Shown: positions 1-14,875 of the stretch, piece by piece
Layout: each line of letters starts with the position of its first letter
Position numbering within the stretch: the first letter of the stretch is position 1
NCBI GenBank assembly: GCA_051294375.1
Contig: CM119263.1
Coordinates: 5,454,823 to 5,518,822 of the forward strand
Source of the DNA: Paraspadella gotoi
Lineage: Eukaryota > Animalia > Chaetognatha
Reading direction: 5' to 3'
DNA length: 64,000 nucleotides
The notes under the pieces: generated by a model
What the model was told of the DNA's origin: nothing
The model's input: the letters and a program-made list of their open reading frames with translations, nothing else
Databases searched by the model: none
Made by a program: the position numbers and the translations under genes

Positions 1-299
1 CTCACATCAAGGCGAGTGTCCCAATCTGGAATTCGTATGAAATGTTAAGTTTATGTGAATAGTCATTCAAGTTAAAGAGTCACATTTCGCTAATTACTTT
101 TCTTTTTAGTGAATTTCATAAAAAACGTGACTTCTGTGAAACCATCTATTCGAACTTTCACATCCTCCATCTCGTAGACTTTCCGATCGTCAGAATAAAA
201 TTCGTCCTTGTAGGTAATCCAATCAAACGTGGTTCTCTTTGCCGGAGTCGGCGAGTGTTTCATTTCTATGTTACCCATACTAGAAAAATACGAAAGCAA
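1..299 (-). CDS. Possible exon(s) of an unidentified gene running off the window start
   Basis: ORF 90-299 has protein-like composition (KRTTFDWITYKDEFYSDDRKVYEMEDVKVRIDGFTEVTFF). A GTAATT donor near 97 and a CAG acceptor near 26 would continue it as NWDTRLDV. No family recognised. Confidence 0.3.
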
Positions 300-979
300 T
301 CATTTATTTCTTACTTTATCTAAATTTCCTTTAATGATATTTCAAAAAACTAATCGAAGATTATAAGGGATCTTTAGATTTGTCGTTTTTGGACGGAATT
401 TTGTTCTTTCTCCCAGGTCATTGAAATTAGTCTGAAACTTTTATAACATCGCTTGGTAAGATATTTTTGAAAAAATTAAATTAAATTCTTTTAACGCAAC
501 ATAAGTGCGATTTTAACTATTCAATTAATATTTTCATACTTATTAGAAAAAACTACGAATAAAGCAAAATCCAAAATGTATTTGTATATTCTTAAATTCT
601 ACCGTTTTCACGCCCTCAGGAACGTAAGAATGTCAAAGAACGCTCGTTTTATTTAAAAGAAGCTCGTGTGGCAACTGATCATTGATCAAGTCACCGACGA
701 AACGAACACGCATAATCAATCTCTNNNNNNNNNNCTCTCTCTCTCTCTCCGTTTTTATATTTATTCGTACGGCCAAGTGGTTAATTATTTTGTTAATGAC
801 TGAAGACTTAGCATCCTTTGTTCCCGTTTTCTCTCTGATTTAACTCTGTTTTGTCTCCGTTTGATCGTCTCGATCGTTGCCTCACTCGTCGCATTTTCAG
901 AAAAAATCCGTCTGTCCGTCGTTTCGAAATTTAAATAAATTTAAATCATATTTATCATATCATATTAAATATATTATAT

Positions 980-1222
980 AGGAGGCCTTAAACCACCAAA
1001 GCCTGTCCAAAGTCTGTGGTAAGATAGCTTATTTATTAACATTGAAAGAATAATTTTTATATTGGTTGTACAATTTCAAAAATTCAGCTCTTTGTATTTT
1101 GATGCTCGTGCGCAGTACAATATAGTATATATATATATAATTAAGGAGTGTCTTTTTCATACAATTGAAACATTTTTAAAATATTTTGCCACTTATTGAT
1201 AGGGAAAGGCCGGAACAGGTGA
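980..1222 (+). mobile_element. Fragments of dispersed repeat family R1 (SINE/MITE-like)
   Basis: GGAGGCCTTAAACCACCAAAGCCTGTCCAAAGTC..AAGATAGCTTATTTATTAA and CATACAATTGAAACA..GCCACTT.ATTGATAGGGAA match the copies at 2354, 7297, 33760 and 43491. Confidence 0.7.
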
Positions 1223-1367
1223 AAACTAGAAGATCTCTCAAATAAATAATGGTTAAGTGACTGTTAGAGAATATGAAAATGAAAATAATTTTTAAAATTT
1301 AGCTTATGATCAAGCGCACGGAAGCATTTAAAGATTATTTTATTACTATATAAAGTTTAAAAATTTA

Positions 1368-2112
1368 AAAAACAAGTTTGAGCAAACAATGTCGGATCTG
1401 CCCACGATCATTATCGGTAATTAATTAATTAATTATTTAATTAATTAATAATTAATTCAAGTTAATTATTTAATTATTATGCAATTATGTAATTAATTTT
1501 ATCCAAAATGTTTGTTTTGATTGATTAATTAACTGAATGATTAATTATTGATTAATAATTGACTTAATTAACTAATTAATTATTTGATTAATTAATATAT
1601 CTTGCATTTACATTTAAAATAAAAAGAAAAGAAGCATAATCAATTAGTGAAACAGGTTCTTTGTTTTTCTATTTAACATCATTTTCACTCAAACGATTCC
1701 ATCGAAACTTGATTTCCGTTTAATCACACACTTTTCCACCCAAATACAAATTTCAAGTCAATCGCCCCATCACTCATGAGTAATTGGTGTTCAAATAGTG
1801 AATTATATTTTTGGTTTTTTCCATTTAAACTCATTTCCACTTGGACGATTCCATCGAAACTTCATATCCAGCTCAATCACACACTTCCCTACCCCACACA
1901 CAAAATTTATTCCAACATCCATCCAATCCAATCACGAGTAATTGCGTACGGCACGAACGGTCCACGACGGACAGACATTGTTTTTTTTTGCATAATTTAT
2001 AATAATTCGATGTTCTAACATGATATAAGTGAATGCCCGACAAGATTGAGGGGGTGGACCGACGGACCGACAAAGTGAATTATAGATGATGAAAGCAGAT
2101 CCGACTAAAAAG
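1368..2112 (+). mobile_element. Non-autonomous Helentron/DINE-1-like element (family R2), near full length
   Basis: Starts AAACAAGTTTGAGCAAACAATGTCGGATCTGC. Inverted repeat GTCGGATCTGC (1391-1401) / GCAGATCCGAC (2095-2105), internal GACG/GGAC microsatellite. A second long copy lies at 18513-19235. Confidence 0.6.
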
Positions 2113-2353
2113 TTTTTTAATTGATTCTGATAGAGCTTTAAAAGTTAGATAAAAGTTATTAATACAACTTTTTAAATTTTTTTTGTTTTATTAATAAAAA
2201 AATTAAAAAAACAAAAAATTTAGCCAATGATGACAATGATGATAATTTTTTAGGGTTTTTTTTAGTTTTAACCAATTTATTATCAAAATTTTAAAAAAAT
2301 TGCAGTACTAACTTTCATTTAACTTTTCAAGCTTTATAGGATTCCGTTCTTAA

Positions 2354-2545
2354 TAGGGAAGCCAGGTACTCTGGGAGTGAATAAACGAGATTGTGTGAGA
2401 GTCTTGATTGAAAGCTTGCAGGGACCTGAAATGTCATTATCTTGTACGAGTTATGGAGGCCTTAAACCACCAAAGCATGTCTAAAGTCAGGGGCAAGATA
2501 GCTTATTTATTAAATGAATGGATAATTTTTATCTTGGTTTTAACA
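2354..2545 (+). mobile_element. Dispersed repeat family R1 copy
   Basis: Near-identical to the corresponding part of the 33760-34002 copy (ATAGGGAAGCCAGGTACTCTGGGAGTGAATAAACGAGA...GGGGCAAGATAGCTTATTTATTAAATGAATGGATAA). Confidence 0.8.
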
Positions 2546-2782
2546 ATTTTATAGAATATTCTAATCACACAGTTTGTCTACGTTCTTTGGACCCCCTCTT
2601 GAGCGATAATTTGTATTGCCATGTGGCTTTTGTTTTGTTCCCATTTTCTCATCTCCCCGTCGCCTACAGAGCTGAAATTTTTTTGTTTCCTGCAGCGTCT
2701 TTTACTTGGGCTGCTGCCTGAGAGACGAAGTTCTCTTTGGTCTGAGAATAACCCATTACTCAGCAGCACCTCAGATCATCCA

Positions 2783-2865
2783 GCCAGGATGGCCGAGTGG
2801 TTAAGGCGTTGGACTTAAGTTCCAATGGACGGTTGTCCGCGTGGGTTCGAACCCCACTCCTGGCA
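2783..2865 (+). tRNA. tRNA-Leu (TAA)
   Basis: GCCAGGA...TCCTGGCA acceptor stem, A box TGGCCGAGTGG, anticodon arm TTGGA-CT[TAA]GT-TCCAA, long variable arm, GTTCGAACC B box, downstream T run. Confidence 0.97.
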
Positions 2866-3904
2866 CAACTTTTTCGCATTTCAGTTAAGTGCCCAGCATG
2901 GCGCTATATTTTATTCTGCGTATTTTTTTTCCCTAATAAGTCGAGCTCATCTATTAGGTTGCTGTTGTCGCTTTATTGCTAGCTCCTAGTAATATCTGAC
3001 GTATCTATTGAGCCTAGTACTATAAATGGAGGATTAATTATATTAACTAAGGTAAAACGAAATCAAATAAAACGGGAGAGGTTACAATTCGTTACCCGGC
3101 CAAACTCGAGACTGACTCTTACAAAGCGATCGAAAACCACTTCAAGTAAAGACCTAAAACCGGTCATTCTAAAAATACTGGGCCGAGAAATCTTTTGGTT
3201 GACACCGCCCTCCGAAAATAAAATTAATTTAAGGGGAGGACCGAGTAGTAAAACAAAAGCAAATGCGTTAAATAATTATGATTTAAACAAGTCGGATGAA
3301 TGCACTAAATAGTTACGAATACTAAATAAAAGGTGACGCGTCATAAAGGAATAAAAAGGAACAGATCTGTAGAAATTAAAATTAAAATACAGTAGACAAG
3401 ATAAAATTATTGAACAGTGACGATAATCAACAATCAGAGGCAAATGAAACGTTAAACCAAATCAAGTTAAAATTTGTTTACTTATTTCTCTGGCAACCTT
3501 TGCCTAACTCTGACGGGCGTATGTAACGCCATTGTGTAGCTGAAATTCTTTTAGACACAACTTGATAGCTGTCTAATAACTTTAATTTAAAAAAAGCTGT
3601 TAATATCCAAGGAGGCATCTTTTTTATAGCTTAAATTTTTATAAATCTTGTTTTATGTTCAGATTTAGTCGTAATTTTCAATATTAATTTTTTTTAACTA
3701 AAACAGATTTCCCAATGTTGCACATCAGAAAGCTTTTGTTGGAAATTTGGCTCCAAACTAGTGACACCTCTCGGCAAAAAGATAATTGGTTTGCAAACAG
3801 GCCGTTTAAATTGTGGAGCTTCAATGCAATAAACCTTTTCAGTGTTCATTTGACTTTTACCTCTTCGGGATAAATTCTCAAATTAACCTTCACCAATCAG
3901 AAGC

Positions 3905-3976
3905 GGTCCCATGGTGTAGTGGTTAGCACGTTGGACTTTGAATCCAGCAGCCCGAGTTCGAATCTCGGTGGGACCT
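3905..3976 (+). tRNA. tRNA-Gln (TTG)
   Basis: GGTCCCA...TGGGACCT, anticodon loop CT[TTG]AA, GTTCGAATC, 72 nt, followed by a T-run Pol III terminator. Confidence 0.97.
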
Positions 3977-4384
3977 CATTTTTTTAGTAAATATTTATAT
4001 CAATAAGTTTACTAACTTATTTTTAAAGAGGTATAATTCTAGTCTCGCTTGTGTCCTATTTTGATTTGTTCAAATCTTTTAAGATCGATCATTCCTCTAT
4101 GATTATATTTAGTATATGAAACTAAGTTAGTGAGCTAACTATTAGTATAGCTCAAAATGATTTAAACTCAAACGTTTTTAAAAAAAATATATAATCTCTT
4201 CAATCTTAAAGAAAGACAACAACAACGCGTCCAGCGTCAACAGTTTCTAGATAAAATTGCAACATATATATTCAATTACAAAAATTAAAATAAACTAACA
4301 AGACACCTTGTTGATTCTCAGAGGTCATTGAGCAAAAAAGTCGAATTCGAGTATTCAATCTTTTCTTTAGTTTGTATCGTCTTT

Positions 4385-7205
<2,821 letters not shown>

Positions 7206-7296
7206 CTGAATGGAAGAAAAAATGTGAAATTTATATATAATACAGTACAATATAGTACAATATAATACAATATAGTATTCCCCGATGTAATACTTA

Positions 7297-7470
7297 AGGG
7301 AGTGGTCCTTTCATACAATTGAGAAACATAATACCACTTCATTGATAGGGAAGCCAGATACCTGTTATGTCATTATCTTGTAAGAGTGATGGAGGCCTTA
7401 AACCAAAGCCTGTCCAAAGTCCGGGGCAAGATAGCATATTTATTTAATTAATGAATATTTTTCTATTGGT
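7297..7470 (+). mobile_element. Dispersed repeat family R1 copy (internally deleted)
   Basis: CATACAATTGAGAAACAT..ATTGATAGGGAAGCCAG..GTCATTATCTTGTAAGAGTGATGGAGGCCTTAAA..GGGGCAAGATAGC. Confidence 0.75.
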
Positions 7471-7595
7471 AATAAATATTTGAATAAATAAATACTTTCC
7501 CCGACTAGGATATCAATCGATCCCTTTCCTTCTTTTCTCCGATTCCCCCCAGCCCTTCCATCAACTCATCTTAGTAATCCCACTTCTCGATGTCT

Positions 7596-8313
7596 TCAGT
7601 CATCATCCATCCTTTCAACCAGCCCCAGCCTCACTCCACTCCTTCCCACCATCTCTACGCCCCCCACCCCCTCTCCCCCTCTCACCTTACTCCGCCCCAC
7701 CTCCATCATCTCCGCCCCAATTTCTCCCTCAAAATCCCAGTGAAGAAAACGTCGTAAACGAAAGAAGAGTTCGTCTCTCCGACAGACCGACCGTACAGGA
7801 CGTCCCGCCAGCGCCGCCGGCAGAAAAAACCCCACCGAGTTGCAGTACGGGGGATAAGCGGCGCCGGGGAATTCGTCCGGCGCCACGTTCCACCTGGCGT
7901 TGGCGCCCGTGGCGTTGCGCATCACGGAGACGTTGTGATTGGGGGTGCAGTAGAGTCGATGGGGGAAGGAAGGGGGACGAGGGATGTGGAGGAGGGGGTG
8001 GGAGGGGTGGCTGTCGTCGTCGTCGTCGTCGTAGACGTCGCTTCCTCTCCGTCGCAAAAACTCCTTTACGTTAAAGACGTTGACGAAAGTGTCGTCTCTG
8101 GCGACGAGAATGAATCTCGGCCTCGACTGCCTGCACCTGGTCTGCACCCACCGCAGACCGGCCAGCACCTGCAGCGTCTGGTTGCGGTGATGCTGCAGGA
8201 AGTCTCCTTGAACGAGGTCGTCGTAGCGACCGGATTCGATCTCAGCTTGAAAGGCGAAAGAGGAAGAAGGATCGACGCGGCCGACGACGAAGAGATTGAG
8301 AAAGCGGAAGTCC

Positions 8314-8350
<37 letters not shown>

Positions 8351-9039
8351 TACCAGCCACGCTCACAGACGCCCACGTCTCACGAATCGCCAGGCGCCTG
8401 TCGACATTCTCCAGGCTGCTTAGAGTGAGAACGACGAGATCTAAGTCAGGCGGACAATCAGGCGACGTCGTCTCGTTGACGAAACCGGAAACGAGACGCC
8501 TGACGAGCGGTCGGCGCCAACTGGCGGCGAATCCGGCGTCGGTAGACGTCGTCGTCGTCGTCTTCGTCGTCAAGGTGACCGCTTTTTGTAAACGGCTGCA
8601 TCTATGACAAAACATTAAAGACTGGTTAAATATTAAAAGTGATTTATGTATTGTGAAAATTTAATTAAAGGTTAGTAAGCTTCTTTAATTATATATGAAT
8701 ATTTTTATTGATTGTTAAGTAGAAATTACGTATATTTACAAAGAGTTTTGCGGCTTCCTAATTAACCATACCCGAGTTATTAGATCGGATAACAGATTAA
8801 TTAAAGATAAGTTAAAAAAACTAGGCGACCTCACCTGACGTCGCTGACGCAAGGGGGGCGTGTCCTCTCGTCCCACGAATCGAATCGATCGAGGAGATGC
8901 GACCCGGCATGCCACGCCCACTGGAATGGCGTGATGGAGGCGGGGAGTGGAGGGAGGAGGTTGGAGGGCTGGAGTGGGGGAAGGGGGAAGGCAGGTGAGG
9001 AGGAGAAGGATGAAAAAGAGATTGAGGAGAGAGAGAGAT

Positions 9040-9091
<52 letters not shown>

Positions 9092-9295
9092 GCTTGGTAT
9101 TTTAATATTGAAAGAGAAGAGAGAGAGAGGTGTTAAATATCACTGAACACTTTCAAAATCTCTACCTCCGATGGCGCTGGGATCTGCGCCAGATTCTGAC
9201 GAGAAAAAAAAGATCATCTGCACGAAGAAAAACAAGATGGCCGCCACCGCTAGTGACCTCCAGTGTCGGCCGCCGTAAACTCGAAGGCATCGCAT
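7596..9295 (-). CDS. Type II membrane GT31 beta-1,3-glycosyltransferase-like protein (exons 9166-9295, ~8836-8968, 8621-~7600), degenerate motifs and apparent frameshifts near the 3' end
   Basis: Exon 1 MRCLRVYGGRHWRSLAVAAILFFFVQMIFFFSS is a signal anchor. The large exon has SSLENVDRRLAIRETWA, LFVVGR, ESGRYDDLVQGDF, ARDDTFVNV, WNV..FPGAAYPPYC. YDVFFTGIL appears in a shifted frame at ~7760. Confidence 0.8.
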
Positions 9296-10075
9296 TCTCC
9301 GTCGATTGTCTTTTGTCTTTTACTCTTTTCTTTTATGGACTTGACGACTTGTGAAGTGACATGATCACGTGATCACATGAGACGGAGCGGACGCTGTGAA
9401 AATGTAAGAAGATTCACTCAGTTCGAAGATCAAGAATCACACTTTTTACGAATTCGAGTTGAATTTCACTTCGATGGTGAAATAGATTTTTTCCAGGCGA
9501 ACAGTGAAAGTCTAAGAGTTGAGAAGTGAAAGTTTGTGAGAAGTTTTTTTTATCTTTTATTTAATCTGGAAGCGAAAGAAATTTATCCAATTCTTTTTAA
9601 ACATTTTAAATTAATGACACTGTGGAAAACGAATTTCCTCACCTCATAATTTTTCCATCCTTCGTTGGAGAAAAAAGTTTCGTTGGAAATAAGATTTTTA
9701 AAAGTTTTTGTGAGTTTCTGGTTTTTCTTCAGTTTTCTTAAAATCTGGAAGTAAAAGAAGTATAAGAAGAAGTATTAGAAAACGTGCTAAACGTTAAATG
9801 AAACGCTTGTTATGATTTCGTTGAATTTGAGAAAAATAAAAATAAAACTCAATCGATGAAAAAAATATGAAGTGGTTTCAGGTTTTGAACGAAATTCGTT
9901 TTGTTTTTTGTTTTGTTTTTATTTGTTTACGTTCGTGTGAAAAAAAAACGGAGGAGGAGGAGGAAGATGGTTAAAGGTTGGAGGAATGGAAAAGATAGAG
10001 AGCGAGCGATGAAATGAAGATAGGAGGTTAAAAAATCTCTCTCTCTCTATCTCTCTCTCTCTCTCTCATCTCTCC

Positions 10076-10125
<50 letters not shown>

Positions 10126-10379
10126 ATCCAGTACAAACTTTGGTAGCTTCTTCCTTCTCAACTCGCGAAGTTGTTTTTTCGTGAATCAGGGAGGAGGGGA
10201 GGAGGGGAGGAGGAGGAGGAGGAGGAGGAGAGGAAGGAGGCAGGCAGGGGGAGGAAGGGAAGTGGCAGAAGAAGGAGGGAGGGGTAGATAGAGCGGAGAA
10301 AGGGGGTAAACAAAGGAAAAAACTGGAAGGAACAAAATAAAGTGATAGAGAGAGAGAGAGAGAGAAGAGAGGATGAGAG

Positions 10380-10390
10380 AAGAGAGAGAT

Positions 10391-10425
<35 letters not shown>

Positions 10426-11395
10426 CCACGACATGATTATCGGACATCGAAATGTTTTCCAAAGAAACAAAATCGTAATCATAGAAATTTTAAAAACAAA
10501 TTAATGAATGATATCACAGATTTTAAAAATAAAATAATACATATAAAGATAATGAAAAAAATTTAAACAACAATACATATATAGTATTATATATACTTAA
10601 AATTAAATAGCTAAAATCTTATAATATATTATGAAAATAAAAATAAAAATATCGAAACAAGTAACCTTTATCATAAAACCCAAAATAATGGACTAATTCC
10701 ATCGTTGATTTGTTGCAAATCGTCGCTATGAGTTATTTACATTTGACTATTGAGTATTAAGCTAATGTCTCACCATTTGATTTTTACTCTTCCCGCCATC
10801 GTCTGAACCGTGAAACGTCTTTCTCGCNNNNNNNNNNNNNNNNNNNNNNNNNTAAAGAGAGAAGAGGGAGAGAGAGATGAGAGAGAGAGGAATGTAACAG
10901 GGGCCGGGAGGAGAGAGAGAGAGAGGAGGGAGAGAGAGAGAGATAAAGAGGAGAGATGGAGAGAGAGAGAGAGAGAAAAAAAGCCACGATGGATATCGGA
11001 CATCGAATGTTTGTCCAAAGAAACAAAATCGTAATCATAGAAATTTTCAAAAACAAATTAATGTAATGATAAGAATCACAGATTTTAAAAATAAAATAAT
11101 ACATATAAAGGATAATGAAAAAAAATTTAAACAACAATACATATATATAGTATTATATATACTTAAAATATTAAATAGGTAAAATCTCTATAAATATTAT
11201 GAAAATAAAAATAAAAATATCGAAACAAGTAGATAACCTTTATCAATAAAAACCAAATAAATGGACTTTCCATCGTTGATTTGTTGCAAATCGTCGCTAT
11301 GAGTATTTACAATTGACTATTGGAGTATTAAGCTAATGTCTCACCATTGATTTTTACTCTCCCGCCATCGTCTGAACCGATGAAACGCTTTTCTC
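10380..11395. repeat. Tandem duplication (~450 bp) flanking an N gap, probable assembly artefact
   Basis: 10425-10827 is repeated at 10984-11395 with mostly indel differences, on either side of the N run 10828-10852. Confidence 0.75.
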
Positions 11396-14300
11396 GGTTT
11401 TCCGTCGTTCTTCTGAATCTTAAAACGAATTGTCTTGGCTTCGTCTCTTTTTTAGTCGTTTGATATTCATCGATGGTGGATTGGGGGGTCGATGGGAGAG
11501 GAGAGAGGAGAGAAGGGGGAGAGGGGGGAGAGGAGGAGAGGGGGAAGGTGCGGAAAGGGTATTAGAAGAAAGATGGGGAAGAGGAGGGAGAAGAGAAGAA
11601 GAGGGGAAAGGGGGAGAAGACAAATAGGAAGAAATTAGTATAAAATATTAGGTTGACGAAAAAATAGTGTAGAGAGGATAAAAAGATTTTGGAAACTTAA
11701 AAGTATAGGGGAAATTAGATAGAGAAGTAGATAATAAAAGTTAGAGAAAAATAGAGAACAAAAGAAAGAGAAGTTGAGACAAAGAGAAGTAGATTCTTTC
11801 TCTTTCGTCTTCGTTTTATGACTTTTCTTCGGTTCTAAGATTTTTTCGAGTTCGGACGGCGGCGAGATGATTTCGCCGCCGCTGCCGCTGCCTCTGCTGC
11901 CGCTGTCGCCGCTGCACTCGCCTCGATTTTACTGTTTGTTTTCGACCCATCACTCGGAGATAAAGGTTGAGGTCAAGGGCCGTGAGCATCACCGTGACGT
12001 GAGGCATCGAGACTTCACAAGCGAAACATGGACATTTGGACATTGGGCCCCATTAGCCCTGGATGCCTTCACAGAACTCTTCCATGATATCACTGTAACC
12101 GAACCTAAATTCACCAATGAAAAATCAGGTCTCCCTTCAATATTTTAAACCCACCCTCAACAAATCCTTAAAAAAATCAATAACTCTTTTGATTTAGTTT
12201 TATTATTCTTATCTTGTTTTTTTTATTAATAACAAAAACGATATTAACACAATTGTTAAATACAAAATCAGTAACGGTATCAATAACAACGTAAAAAGAC
12301 TGTTAGTGTTAGTGTTTTAAGTCATATTATCAAAGTCTGTACATATCATATCATATATTCGCTCAAATTCCCTTTAGAAAAATGTTAATTCCGATGAACC
12401 TTACAGTTTTATTTAAGATGTGAAACGCCCTTTAACCCCTGGTGAGACTCTTGCGCCGAGAGATCGTATTACTAAGTGGTGAGGGTAAAAGGAATGAGTG
12501 AATGAAAGGTGATTGAGTGAGTGAGTAAAAGAGAGTTGCGTGAAACAGATGTTAAAAAAAGAGAAAAAGAAGAAGAAAGAAAATTGGCGGAGACGACGAC
12601 GACGACGACGACGACGAAGCAAAAAAAAACAAAAAAAAAAAAAAAACGATATAAAAGTAAGAAAAGTGATTGCAGTTCTAAATTTGGTTGCTTCGCTGTT
12701 ACGATTTAAAATATACTTTAAATTATGTTTAATAAAAAAATATCGCGACAAAAAATAAATCTGTTGAAGTCGAACGAAGATTGGATTCAATTTGGGTTTT
12801 CTCCTTTGACTATGAATTCTTTTAAATGTCTGTAATATTGAAATATAATTCTTACTATTTTGTATCATAGTATTTATTTTCTACTTTTACAGTTATTTCA
12901 AAAATGTGCTTCTTCACAAAAAAAATCAAAGATGACGTTTGTAAACCTAAAATATTATTAAGCTTAAATAAAATATATAAGGAAATATCTTATTCTAAAT
13001 TTTTTAATTATTTTTTTTTATGAAAACAAGAAACATTGTGTTTCCGAATTCCGAAAATTCGCCGCTCAATGCGACCGAGTATTTCCGTCTTAATTGTATT
13101 AAGACTTTTTTGGAAATCGATTTCGGGTTTTTTCGACGGAGGGGGGGGGTCAAGATGGAGAGAGAGTGCGAAAGAATGATAGAGAGTGAGACAGAGTGGG
13201 AGAGAAACGGATAAAAGAAAAAAGGAGTTAAAAACTTTGTCTATTTATTGAAATGTAATACCATTTCAGTTAAATTAATTCGAATGTTGTATTCAAATTA
13301 TGATTAGGCGATACTTATCTCTCTCAAGTCAACAAAAAAGTTTTGTTTTCTCAGAGGGAAAAACTTTTTGTCGAAACTAAACAGCCGAGTCGTCGTCGTC
13401 GTCGTCGTCATTGTTGCTGTGATAGACGAAGCGGCATTGACTGGGAAACAATATAACAAAAACGCTATGATAGAATAATGACGGTAAAAATCACTATTTT
13501 TATTTTTTATTTTTATACTTTTATTCTCATACTTAAATCGGTTCATTTCCAATGTGATAATAAAATATGATCTCGCCGCTAATGGCTTCCCGCGAGTTGT
13601 AATGACCTAATCATGACTTGACTTGACTTTTCGGACCAAGGTATGTGATTACAGCGCTAAGTGGGCTGAAGACTACTATTCGTATCTATGTGCCCCCTCA
13701 GCAGCAATGGAACGGGTAAAAAGACTGTGGTCGGATTCCCGGCGACGCTACTCGGGTTTACGCTTAATTTAAGAGGAGTATAAACTTGAAGTCCTTCCTC
13801 CGGACCGTTGACTTTTCGAATCTGTCGCGCCCTTGCTGGATGCCAGTGGGTTATGGAGGAATTTGCGATTACAGGCAAGAAATAAAATGGAACCAAGGGC
13901 GAAAAAGGAAGAAAAGACTGAAATGAACAAAAGGAGGAGTTGAATTTACTGAAAATCTCGGATGATCCTCTTGATTCATTTTCGAAACTGTAATTTCCTT
14001 TTGGGAATCTCATTTGAAATTCTTTTTTGTATTCGAGGTTGAAAAAGAAAGAAAAAAGAAAAAGAAACCTTCTTATGACTGATAATAAAGAACGAAAACT
14101 GAAACGAATTTCCATAAAAAAAAAAAATGCAGAAACAAAAAAAAAAACAAAAAAACAAGGAGGAATAATTCCAAATTGTTGCGCCTGTTTAACCTTTTGA
14201 TTACTTTATTCATATAAGTTATTATTATATCTATTTGTATCTACTAGCAATAACTTTCTAGTTTTATGATTGTATTTCTTAGTAATCACGTGACTGGACA

Positions 14301-14761
14301 TTGGACAAGTATAAAATTTTTTTTTTATAAAATTAAAATAATTAAATATTATAAAAAAGAAAGTTCAACAGATCGACCGACTGAAAAATGACTAAGGCGA
14401 TCAGTCGCGGCAAAATTAAAAATCATCAGCGTCGAACAACAATCCAGACATTTGAAAAGATTTCTCTCTGCGGCCCTGAATATTCTTTTCAATTTCACCT
14501 GCATACGAAAATGGATTCGCTCTGTTTCATTATTCAACAATTTGTCTAACCGTGACTATCGTTTATGAATAAACGGACGGTCTCAACTACAAACCGATGC
14601 TTTAGTTTAATAAAATGAGGATTTTATAGTTTTACGAGTTCGATTCCATCTAAAATAAAATTGTCTTTTACTTTTTTTGTCTCGTCATTCTAATCCAAAC
14701 ATTTGGCATCTTTCCCTCAGTCAAGACTAAATATTGCACCGTTTACTGGACACTAACTCTC

Positions 14762-14826
<65 letters not shown>

Positions 14827-14875
14827 GACGAGAAAGAGAGAGTAAAATGGGTTCACTTCTGATTTTGTCGTTAAA

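Noticed and set aside
11816-12043. Arg/Gln-rich protamine-like ORF
   Set aside because: Short, driven by CGG/CAG repeats, no recognisable family or supported exon structure; may be UTR.
13666-13690. CTGAAGA hammerhead-like cores here, at ~22433 and on the minus strand at ~19665 and ~19875
   Set aside because: No correctly placed stem II plus GAAA plus UH cleavage site.
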